DNA of 64,000 nucleotides from Eledone cirrhosa. Taxonomy: Eukaryota. The stretch spans positions 77,190,001 through 77,254,000 of the forward strand of contig OZ024743.1 in assembly GCA_964016885.1 (NCBI GenBank). The letters run 5' to 3'. Below the pieces are notes generated by a model. It saw nothing but the letters and a program-made list of their open reading frames with translations, was not told the DNA's origin and made no database searches. Shown in pieces: positions 52,694 through 64,000 of the stretch. Made by a program: the position numbers and the translations under genes. Numbering within the stretch: position 1 is the first letter of the stretch; each line of letters opens with the position of its first letter.

Positions 52694-53952
52694 CACTAAA
52701 ATATTTTATCATGGAGAGTACAGTCTTATATCAGATTTAAGCCTGGAATATTTGCTTTAGGTTATTCCAAAAGATTCAAAACGTTACTTCTGAATACAGT
52801 TATCTATATTCAACAACTCTTGTTTTTGATGCATCCAGCTTATAGATATCCAAGATGACTGAAGAAATACTAGAATTGTAAGGCCATCTTCCCTGCTTAA
52901 AAAGGGGTTAGCCTTGTAAACCCCATAACAGGCTCCATAATCATCATGGGGTGTTTTTTGGTGTAATATGTTATGGCTGGATGTTATGTTAGTTGCCTCT
53001 TGCAAAACACAGATACGCTGCTCCTAGTCTTAACCAGATACACACAATATAATTACTGATGTAGCCCTTCCTAATTATGATTTAAAATGATGATACAGGG
53101 GTTGATTTGTCAAGTTATAACAAAAAGCACCCAATACACACTGTAAAGTAATCATGTAGGTGTTGTGACAAAAAGCACCCAGTCCACACTGTAAAGTGGT
53201 TATGTAGGTGTAACAACAAAATGCGCCCAGTATACACTGTAAATGTGGTTGTGTAGGAGTCATGATGAAAAGCATCATGTTCACACTGTAAATGTGGTTG
53301 GTGTTAGGAAGGGCATCCAGCTGTAGAAACCAATCCAGAAACAGTTCTGTATGAGCAAGACTTGGTGATCTGACTTGTCTCACAACGGGTCAACTCGTCT
53401 AACCCAAGCTAACATGGAAAAATAGACGTTAAGCAGTGATGGTGATAATATATGTATAAATATGTAATACACATACAATACTATTTGTTCTCACAGTTTG
53501 CTAAATGTTTCAGCCTCATGGCATTCTATAAGAATATCTAAGACATTATTTTAATCAGTCCAATATATACTACTGCATTACCAAACAACTAAAAGACTAA
53601 GCTTTACATTTTTCTGTTTTCCAATTTGTTTTTTTGTATTTTTTTTTACTTTTTCCCATTTTCTGTGTTTCTGTTTCTAATTTTTTCTGCTTGCTTTTTT
53701 ATTTATTTTTTATTTATTTTTTATTTTTGGTTTTCAATTTACTTTTCCTTATGTATTTAGGTCGTTTCGTTGTTTAGTAATGCACTTGTATATATTGAAC
53801 TGATTTAGAATTTCTTCTTGTCATCTCAGATGATGGCTTCAGGCTGAGATATCTTAAAAAAAGAATGCACAATACTGTATACTCTACATACGGCTTGTAT
53901 TGAGTTTCTTGTTTGAATTGTGGATACTCTGGTCATATGACTAGATATACTC

Positions 53953-53999
<47 letters not shown>

Positions 54000-54345
54000 A
54001 ACCGATGCTAGCGTGGAAAATGGACGTTAAACGAAGATGATGATGATATATATATATGTGTGTGTGCGTGTGGATAAACATTCTCTGATTGAGACAAAGC
54101 AAGAGTATATTTGAATTTATAGAAAAATGAGAAAACTCATCGCTTCTATATTTGATCTGCCTTGTGGATTGTCTCTCTGCCGACCACTGGTCTCATGAGG
54201 CATTTGACTGTTTTAACAGCTGTTCTAGCAATAAATTTTCTCATTTTTCTATGAATTTAAATAAATATATATATGAAGAGAGAGAGAGGGGGGAATATGG
54301 AAACATCTCTTTAAAATGTTGCATTAAAGGCATTTAAATAATTTT

Positions 54346-54382
<37 letters not shown>

Positions 54383-54889
54383 CTTAAAGATCTTTTTATT
54401 TTCATTAAAACCACAATAACATTCTCAAATATTTACATTTATGTGTTCAACATTGTCAAAAGTAATTTATAAAATTTATCTGTGCACTGATGCTTTCATG
54501 ATTTGAATGCTTATCAACCATTGATCAATACTGGCTGGAGCTATGTCTTAAGTTATTATAGTAATAAGTAATATAAATCTAAGACAAAGAATTTATGGTA
54601 AAAGAGAGCTCAGCTCATATTTGAGGTCAATATTTTGCTGATTTTCACCAACTTGAAATTCTACATAAAATATCTTCACAAGGTGAAACTTGTTTTGCTT
54701 ATTTGTTTTAAATGAACATGGCCTTTGAAATGATTGGAAATTGGGACAAAATATATATATTATATAATGAAGTAGGGAAACAAGAACTATATTTTAAGTA
54801 TCAAAATATTAAAACTTCATAAATTTCAAAACTGAGCTATCCAAACACACAGGGTTTAGTTTTTTGCTGAAGCATATAGACAATATGCC

Positions 54890-55162
54890 CACCCCCACCG
54901 CAAAGTAGTCGTGGAGGTGCAACGGCAAAAAAAAGCACCCAGCCCACACTGTAAAGTGGACGTGTAGGCGCCACGGAAAAAAAGCACCCAACACTCACTG
55001 TAAATGAGGTTGGTGTTAGGAAGGGCATCCAGCTGTAGAAATGAAGCCAGAATCAGTTCCAGTATGAGCAAGACAAGGTCAGCCGACCGGACACTGCCCA
55101 CAACAGAACAACCCATCTAATCCATGCTAGTGTGGAAGAACGGACGTAAAACGATGATGATG
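54890..55162 (+). mobile_element. RTE-tailed SINE or LINE 3' fragment. Similar copies at about 4140-4270, 6270-6450, 16410-16550, 29095-29320, 33030-33290, 48990-49400, 50590-50780, 53110-53445 and 56160-56420
   Basis: Recurrent motif ggttggtgttaggaagggcatccagctgtagaaa...cccatgctagcatggaa..ggacgttaaa(tga)n. Confidence 0.8.
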
Positions 55163-55309
55163 AGAGGGTGGCTTATATTCGAGTATACACAGTATACTAA
55201 ATGACAGTTGCCAACATTCGAAGATATCCTACATTGGTGAAAGCTGACAAATAGTACTCTTGATTTACCATTTTAATATATATTTTGAGAGTGCATAAGA
55301 TAGGTGAAT

Positions 55310-55665
55310 ATTTCTTCTTCTTCTTCATCTTCTTTGCCGACTTATTCCTGAGAAAGTCATGGAAGCAGTCCTCAAACACTTCTTCCAGTGGGTCCTGTCA
55401 GATACAACCATCTCCAACTAATCTGGCTGGATCCCAAGCAAGACCAGCCTAGCTTATGGAAGTTATCCAACCATCTTACTCGGGGTCTACTGCTGGGTCT
55501 CCTGCTGGTTGGTTTTGCCCATAAAATCTGTCCAGTGATTCTTTCCTGAGACATTCTAACCACATATCTATAGTATCAGAGCTGTGATTTCTCATTTCAG
55601 AGAAGTAGCGGCTCTACCTGGAGTGACTCTCTGATCTCTGAGCTATGCTCTTTATCGAGTAACAT
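55310..55665 (-). mobile_element. 3' fragment of a second RTE-like LINE family; related pieces at about 1400-1535 and 61695-62000
   Basis: RMSQERITGQILWAKPTSRRP..RPRVRW with a (GAA)n tail. 1400-1535 aligns by eye. 61758-61940 encodes FVPTLTYGQESWVM. Confidence 0.7.
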
Positions 55666-56419
55666 TAGTCCAAAGACCCTTAATTAATTAAATAGAATTA
55701 AATCCACAATTCTTCCTTTTAGAGGTATTATTTATTTAAATAATAACCCCTGAAGACTAATATTCAGCCAAATGGAATAGTTTTATAGAAATATTAGCCT
55801 TACACATGACTGTGAAAATCTTTTGATAAAGCAGATTTCAGTACATGACAGCATTAGTCAAGATCACTGCTTCATTTGCTCTCTTATACCAAAAGAACAA
55901 GGATATAGATATTGATTTTTAAATGTAATTTTTAAAGAAGTAGTGTTGAACATACAAAACAGACATCTTAGAAAATTGTTGTTGTCTCAATAGTGCAATA
56001 AAAATAGCCATATTTTCAACGCACTAGTGTGTGTGTGTTCATTTTATTAAGGCTAAATAATGAGTCTTGTTACTCTGGAGTTTCGCCTATTTATTAAAAC
56101 TCTACCTCGGTATTGAGTACTCTTTTCTCTCAGCCGTCAACCATATTTATAAATATATATATCATCATTTAATGTTCATTTCTCTGCTAGCAAGGGTTGG
56201 ATGGTTGGATGGCTCTTCACAGACTATATCAATACTCAAGTAGAGATACTGATCTCTCAGATGGGCCTGAGGCCTTCAGCACTCTACCAAATGTATTTTA
56301 TTGTGGAACCAGCACTAGGTAGGTTAACATGACTTTGACACAACTGAAAAGTCATTCTGATCCTTTATTTGGCAAGCTTTCTACTGCTGGATGCCCTTCC
56401 TATCACCAATCACTTTATA

Positions 56420-56455
<36 letters not shown>

Positions 56456-57237
56456 ATTGTTTCTACTTTTGGCACAGTGTCAAATTTTCATTACGTTTAT
56501 TCAGGTGTGATGCAAGTCTTACAATTGATCAGCTCAAGGTTCAATCTGTATCAATCGGGCCCGACTCTCAAATCAAAAGCTCATCAGATTTCTGTTGAAG
56601 CAATGGTGGAATGATTCCCATACAGCATACCTTGAGCTGATCAATTGTGAAACATGTCACACCTGAATAAATGTAATCAAAATTTAACACCTTGTTCATG
56701 CTTATTAGTTCAAATCCTGCCGAGGTTAACTTTGCCTTTCATCCTTACAGGGTCGATAAAATAAAGTACCAGTAAGGCACTGGGCAATTGCTGGCCTTGT
56801 GCCAAAAGTAGAAACAATTATTATCATTACAGGGCGGTGGATTGGCAGTATCAGTAGAGGGTCGGATGCCATGCTTTGACGCATAGAGTTACGGCCATTA
56901 CCATTCTGAGTTCAAATCTCGCCGGTGTTAACTTTGCCTTTCATCCTTACGGGGTCGATAAAATAAAGTACCAGTATTACACTGGGTATTTGCTGGCCTT
57001 GTGCTAAAAGTAGAAACAATTATCATTACACTCTACTTAGTACAACCCCAAAGAACATACTGGAGACTAAGCATTGAGTGCTCACTTTGGTGAACCTACA
57101 GTAACTTGACGTTACCATCCCATAACTATATATATATATATATATATATGCAAAAGTTCTATTTAAATTGTTGGGATACAACAAGCAAATATTATTATAA
57201 CTGATATAAAGCACTCAACAAATAATTGGAGTAGATA

Positions 57238-57510
57238 TACAATATTAATAAATCGAAACTATATTTATAAAACCATATTTATTTCATTATATATATTTCA
57301 AGGATACCAAGTTAAATCATGGTATGCCTTCATAAGACAAAATACAATATATAACAGTTTTACAAATAGATATTGACGTACCCTTTCAAAAAGGTGACCG
57401 TTGTTTTTGGAGGCCATCCATGATTTAACTTGGTATCCTTGAAATATATATAATGAAATAAATATAATGAAATAAATATGGTTTTATAAATATAGTTTCC
57501 ATTTATTAAT

Positions 57511-57515
<5 letters not shown>
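57238..57515. mobile_element. Palindromic Penelope-like remnant of the same family as 34640-34862, with a degenerate hammerhead at 57280-57344(-)
   Basis: Long inverted arms share ataaaaccatatttattt.attatat.tatttcaagg.tac. The core reads CTTATGA...GAAA tatata TA. Confidence 0.65.
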
Positions 57516-57547
<32 letters not shown>

Positions 57548-58002
57548 GGGAGGGTTCTCAGTTGTGTCAAAAACATGACAATCTCTCCTGTGCACTCGGT
57601 GAAGTGTTGACCATACATAAAGCAAGACACAGATCCCTGGCCTGCCTGTGAGATTAGTGGCTCTGCTTCAGTGTTGACATGGTCCATGTAGACTTGTTCA
57701 ACCCTTGCTAACAGGGAAGGTGAGATGTTAAAATGATGATGATGATATATGAGGCAGGAGAGATGGACAGTTTGTGAATGGTTCCACATGTATATATTGT
57801 GTATTGGCAAGAAACTTTGTTGCTTTTATTTCTAAAAGTTTCTTTTGAATGTTATTTTTTTTTAGGGTTTCCATTGAGGAGTTTTGTTTTGTTGGCCATA
57901 AGAGACATGAGATAGCCAGTTATTGTTTTTGTTGTCTAGCCAATGTCAGTTCTATTGTAATATACTGATGGCACAGACACAGCTAAGCTAATAAAGCATT
58001 TT

Positions 58003-58277
58003 ATAATAATAATAATAATAATGAAATTATTGTGTACAGTGCTCAGGTGCACTACAACTCATCAAAGGTGCATGAATAATATACAAATGTCAGGGAAGTG
58101 AATAGTGTATGAGTCATGATATACATGTGTGCGTGTGTATGGAGGGGGAATATTAGGTGTAGTGTTGGCGAATCTCAGGAAGCATGGAGATTTTAAAGGA
58201 TGCAGTGTCTCAACAGCTAATAACTGATGCAGGTAGTTTGTTCCATGCTTCAGCAACTCTGAGTGTGAAAAAATGTT
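58003..58277 (-). mobile_element. 3' fragment of the same CR1-type LINE family
   Basis: Closely matches 8983-9258, including the (ATT)n tail. Confidence 0.9.
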
Positions 58278-61200
58278 ATCAGCAGGGTTAGGTTTTTGTA
58301 ATCCTGGCCATGATGTAGGTATTCCTAGAGTATTTAGATCCCATTTTAAACATAGTTGGGAGTTGGTTAAAGAGATTGGGATAGTACCTTTTGTAGATTA
58401 ACTGATTTTATTGGTAGCTTTTGTTGTAATAATTATTTCTTGAAGAATTTGATGATTGGGGTTTTAAATGTTCTTTCAACAGTCTAATTGGGATATGGAT
58501 GTTGTTGGTTGAAGAGTTCTGATTATTAATAAAATTGTGTAGATTGGAATCTAAATATTAAGAAATTTTTATCTTGAGTTTCTTATCTTGATTGGATCAA
58601 TTTAAAGTACAATAAAAAAAGAAATGCATTATTTTTAGACATTAGAAAAAAAATCAATTTTTAGATGGCTCTGGGTTGATGTGTAATTAAAGATCTTGCT
58701 AAGTTATTCTGCTTTCTCTCTGATTATCGATGCATAACTTTTGGAGAGTCTAAAAATTCTACTATTTATATGTAAGTGGTTGGTGATTATTCAAGACTTG
58801 AGAGTTTGCTAAGCAGTTTCATGCAATACAGTATGTTAAACGATGAAATAATGTCATGAATATTGATATGTTTAATACTCTATTACATGTTACAGCCAAA
58901 AGATTGTGGCCGTGCTGGGGCATCACAATTGATATTCTAATAAACCTTTTTTTTTTTTAAATTAAACAATTGTAATAAATTTTAGGTTCCCTCCTTCCCT
59001 AAAAAAACTTCAGATTATTTTTTATATATTTATTCTTATTAAGAATTGTTAAATATTTTAAGTTTGTAATTTTGGCTTCTATTTTAAAAATGGACCATAT
59101 TGTAATCTACTTATTGACAACCTCGACATCCTGCTGACCAAGATCCCGGATGAGCCCAGAGCAGGAGGCAAAGCACAAATAAGGGCGACAGCAACAGATG
59201 GCCAACCAAGGAAAGCTGGCTATAGAAAGTGTAGCATCTATGGCAGTGCCCCAGTATGGCCTCAGCCTGTCAGCTGGAACATGTAATGGAGCAATAGAGT
59301 AACCTATGCTAACATGGAAATGTGAACATTAGACAAAGCAGCATTCATAGGAAATGTAGAAAATATAAAATAAAAAAGCTTTTCACTAACAGTCTTTATT
59401 AGTTCATCTTTTGTTATTTATTTAACATAATGTGACATCTTAAACAAACAATTTAAGATTCTAGCAATATTCTCAATAGAACCCCCACTTTTTGATGATT
59501 TATATGCAATTATTTAGAATTAAATAGTACCATATATACATAATCTGAGAAATACATGACAAAAAACATCAGTTTGGTAGTGAATATTACACCAGTTTCA
59601 CTTTGGAGGTTATATTCAAGTATAAACAGTAATTAAGATGTTTATAATTAGTTTCGGGGAAAGGATTTTTTTTTCTATTTTTGTTTTTTATTTTATTTGT
59701 TTTGTTTTTTTGTTTTTACTGTTTCACTTCACAATAACTATAATAATTATCAAATTTGTATTTCAACTTTTGACAACCATTGTAAGCATCAATATCACTG
59801 GTCAACTATTGGTATATATGTGGTCAGTACCACTATTAGAGTGGAACATGTGACATTGGATGTGTTAGGCATGCTTGTTAAATTAGGTTGCACGTGCTTA
59901 GCCAGACCAGCATGTGGTGTTCAACATAAACTGGATATATTTGCATGCTCCACAACTTTACTTTTCAGCTTACTTCATGTGGTTAATTCATGCATGACTG
60001 GATATTATATAAACACTGTTCAGTATATTTATGTATATATACTGTGTCTCTTGAAGAGGGGTTTTTATTTTCTGATGAGGAAGGCACTTTCTTCTCTTTT
60101 CTCTTTCTTTCTAGTAAGTGTAAGAATTATTTTCACTTGGTTTATATTTACAGCCCTCGAAACACGACTAACAACATAAAAATGAATTGAATTGCTAAAT
60201 TTATAAAGAATTTTATTTCGTTTTCTATAAAATACATCTGAATAGGTAGCTATTTATGACTCTCATAATTGCTGCTAAGCATTATAAAAATTTTTTTTTA
60301 AATTTTGATTTTAATTTTTAAAGTAAGATTTTAATTATAGCACAACATTTATTATAGTTGGAAAAGAGAATGGTGGTCAACTCTCAAAGAGGGTAAAATC
60401 ATGTAAATAAACTAGTAGATCATCTTTATATCTTATTTTTTCCTTCCTAAAAAATTATATTTTAGTTATTTTCTAATAGGATATAAATTTAGCATAGTAG
60501 AAATATAATATTAACAGCTGATAATAATATTGGCAACTATTACAGTGAGAGAAGTTATCAACATGATATATATATATATATATATATCAGTTGATCGACA
60601 AGATCTCACACCTCATTCGCTTAACAAGTGGGGTGAGGCTTGTCAAATCAAATCAAGGAAACAATATTTCCATTGGTCTTTCCAATTGCAAGTCCACGCA
60701 GAAGGAGCAACATGAAATAAAGTGTCTTGCTGAAGGACATAATGATCTCACGATTGTGAATTGAATTCTCTAACCACTCAGGCATGTACCTTCACTAAAT
60801 ATATATAATTATTATTAATCAACTTTGCTCTATGTATTGATAACAACAAGCAGGTCATTTATAAAGAAAAACATGGCTTTTTTTATGTTTTAATTTTATA
60901 AAATTGCAGTGAAAATGTTGCAATCAACATAGAATTGTAAATGGCTTTTGGTTATAAATTTGTTTTCATGGTTTCTATAATTTTCAAACAATTTTAAGGA
61001 GTTTCTTTTGTAGGATATTTCATTCTAATTGGTAACCTACCATTTTGTCTGAAGGTTGTTGACAAAATGTGGGCAAAAGATAATTTCTAATGAGTTTTAA
61101 AATTATATTTAATTCTGTATTGGAAAATAGTTCTGATGCCAAGAAAATATAACAAATAAATAAATTGATGTCTTCAACCTTATCCTTATATGAAACTCCA

Positions 61201-61551
61201 CATGTAAAATAAAATGATAAAAATAATATTGATAATCACTTTGAGCTAGTTCATAATTTGAATACCATATGCAAATTATGTCCGTTTCATTTAAACAATG
61301 TTTTAAGTTTTCACCTAACCATCTGATATATTTTCAAACTTAAATTGAAATCTAAAATACAAGATTTCTGGATCAACCTCTACACATGCAGCTAATTAAA
61401 TTTAATACTTTGGGGGGTTATAAAACCTTGAATACTCCTCAAGAAATTAATTTAAGATGTCTTTGTATTAGCATACAAATTAATTACATAAAATCTTGAT
61501 AAAATTTTGATATTTAAAAATTGAAATTTCCTTTTTTTTCTTGTTTTGTAG

Positions 61552-61656
<105 letters not shown>

Positions 61657-62579
61657 TAAGTCATCTCAGTGTGTGTTTGTGTACATGTGTATGCACTCTT
61701 TCAACATTACTCCAAAGACCCTTTGGAGAACTCCATTTTGGCTGCTTGTATTGGCGATCATATTCTTTCAGTCATTACCCAAGATTCTTGACCATAGGTA
61801 AGGGTCGGCACAAATATCAAATTGGAGACATTGAGTTTGGCTTTTACACCTACTTCCCTTCTTCTGAATGCTGAAGCTGTTCCATTACTGCACCAGCTCC
61901 TGTAATTCTTGCACTTAATCAGCCTCCTGCCTTCCATCACTTGTGAACATGACCCCGAGATACTTGAACTTCTCTACCTGCTTCAGTGGAACTCCATTCA
62001 TGAAATCTGGCTCAAGATATTAAAAGCCTTCACAATATTATAAGAAACTAAAATGAAATTATAATAAAACACCTGAGGCTGTTGTTAATATATAGAACAA
62101 TAATATAAATATTTCTAGCTGAGGTCTAGGGAGGTGTGTAGTCTATTTGATTTTCCCAATTCTTGCCTGGGACTTAGGGAATTATATTATCATTCTATAT
62201 AACTGTGTTGTGAGAGTTTTTTGGGGAGCTACAGGTGTTACCCCTTGCTCCATCTCCCCTAGTAGTTTACCACTATTGGTCCAGGATTCCTTATTCGTCC
62301 GGCAGCTGCCCACTTATATCGCAACTAACCATCATATCTGGTGGCCATATCGCTACCTGCAACCCATTCTCTAGCAGAGCAACAACCTTCTCAGGAATAA
62401 ATGAGCAAAGAAAAAGATATAATTATTTCTAGTTGAGTTATGGGGCTAGAGATTTATAGGGAAGAGTGTAGTATATTTGCCTGGGATTTTATTGACCTTA
62501 GAAGGATGAAGACTGTAATTATAAGCTTCAAGGTATTTTGTCCAATACTTCACTGGTTCTGCCATCTGCTGCTTAATAT

Positions 62580-62885
62580 TGTATGGTATGGTCCCATAAC
62601 TCCCGAGGGAGTCATAGGGGTGCTGTATTGACATATAATGTTTCTTGCATATTTTAAGCTTGGCAGAGCCCATTTCTCTCCAGTCTGAGTACAGCAGATT
62701 TCTTTCAGAGAAAGATAGAAAGTGAGAAAGAGATATAGAAGAAGAATCGACCCCAGTACAAGACTGGTACTTTTTTTATCAACTTTAAATGGATGAAAGG
62801 CAAGGTTGACATCGATAGGATTTGAACTCAGAGAGCCAGAACAAATACCACAAAACATTGTTTTAACGACTCTGCCAATTTACTG
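62580..62885 (-). mobile_element. tRNA SINE variant with a different 3' tail; + strand copies at about 24610-24920 and 48272-48500
   Basis: Same head and central domain, followed by gaaatctgctgtactcag..ggagag..atgggctc..gcttaaaat..caagaaac. Confidence 0.7.
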
Positions 62886-62948
62886 TCTTGCTTAATATAG
62901 TAATAATACTTAAAATATGCAATAATTTTACTATCTACTACATGTATG

Positions 62949-63112
62949 CAGTGCCGGATTTAGGACAAATGAGGACCTGTGCTAGTTATGAGGCCCCTTA
63001 CTTGGACCCTGAATTCATTGTAAAAAATGTTTTTGGCAGAAAGATGCCCCCCTCCCCCGGCCAATGGGGCCCTATGCTCAAGCAAACCTAAGCACAAGTT
63101 AATCCTGAACTG
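62949..63112. mobile_element. hAT-type MITE
   Basis: Ends cagtgccggattta...ttaatcctgaactg, with a degenerate 8-bp TSD catgtatg/tatatatg. Confidence 0.6.
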
Positions 63113-63159
63113 TATATATGTTTGTATTAGAAATATGCCTCAAGAGACATTGATATCTC

Positions 63160-63672
63160 TGTTCACTCTGTAAAATAGTAGTACTTGTGCCATGATAAAA
63201 AGCACCCAGTTCACTCTATAAAATAGTAGTACTAGTGCCATGATAAAAAGCACCCAGTTCACTCTGTAAAATAGTAGTACTAGTGCCATGATAAAAAGCA
63301 CCCAGTTCACTCTGTAAAATGATAGTACTGGAGCCACAACAAAAGACAACCAGTACACACTGTAAATTTGCTGGCATTAGGAAGGGTATCCAGCTGTAAT
63401 ATTTAAGTTCCAAACGGAACCTATGAGCAAGATGCGACTACTTCATTGGTCTAGCATCAGAACATGACAACCTGTTTAACTTAAGCTGATGATGATATAT
63501 GTATAGTTGACACTGTTACTGCTGTCTATGATGATGATGATATATGTATAGTTGACACTGTTACTACTGTCTATGATGATGATATATGTGTAGTTGACAC
63601 TATTACTGCTGTCTATGATGATGATATATGTGTAGTTGACACTATTACTGCTGTCTATGATGATGATGACAA
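63160..63672. repeat. Two short tandem arrays of about 45-48 bp (63160-63360 SINE-derived; 63487-63672)
   Basis: Repeated aaaagcacccagttcactct.taaaatagtagtact, and gatgatatatgt.tagttgacact.ttactgctgtctat. Confidence 0.85.
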
Positions 63673-64000
63673 CCAATTATTTCTTTTATCTTGGCACAAA
63701 GTTCTTTTTTGTCAAGAGAATACCTGTAGACAATTGACACATATTAACAATGGCGTTGTATGATAGCGAACTATTGAGATTTAAAAATACAACAGTGAAG
63801 CACCATAACTAGATAACATAAAAGGAATCTTTCAACAACTCTGATCACAACAATAGTTAGAAATTGTATTTGTTGTAGTAGTTGTTGTTTTGGGGCTCAC
63901 TTTTGCAAAGGTTTAGCTGGCCCCCTATAAAGGTTTCATTTCATAGATTTCTTGGGGAATATTAATGCTAGGGGAACCCAGTCTTGTCAGCATTTTTCCA

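Noticed and set aside
56473-56479. CACAGTG as an RSS heptamer or Transib end
   Set aside because: There is no matching end or nonamer, and it overlaps a SINE tail junction.
56545-56600. Hammerhead on the minus strand (CTGATGAG)
   Set aside because: No GAAA follows stem II (it reads CGGGCC) and there is no convincing stem I or III.
59697-60179. 160-aa ORF
   Set aside because: Low-complexity, AT-rich composition, non-ATG start and no recognisable homology.

Overview
AT-rich, repeat-dense animal genomic DNA. It is probably a coleoid cephalopod such as Octopus; this is inferred from the SINE/RTE repeat families and is not proven. The window holds the 5' part of a + strand AP-1 complex gamma-1 adaptin gene (AP1G1). 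Six clearly homologous GT-AG exons join in frame to give 246 aa ([10 protein letters not shown]...SDPFLQ), and a probable upstream exon adds MANIFKTSIG. The gene continues past the window end. The introns contain a young CR1/L2-group LINE, RTE LINEs, tRNA-derived SINEs, piggyBac-, Tc1- and hAT-type MITEs, minisatellites and microsatellites. Three observations stand out. (1) Several in-frame candidate microexons (DDVE, YMSILPE, KFVN) and other splice-regulatory signals lie in the 25-kb FRK/LVPQ intron, where vertebrate AP1G1 has its neural microexon. (2) Type I hammerhead ribozyme folds lie inside palindromic Penelope-like remnants, one with the compensatory U3-A8 core. (3) A 52-bp satellite flips orientation and could form a dsRNA stem of about 800 bp in the pre-mRNA. 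All calls were made by eye; no database searches were run.
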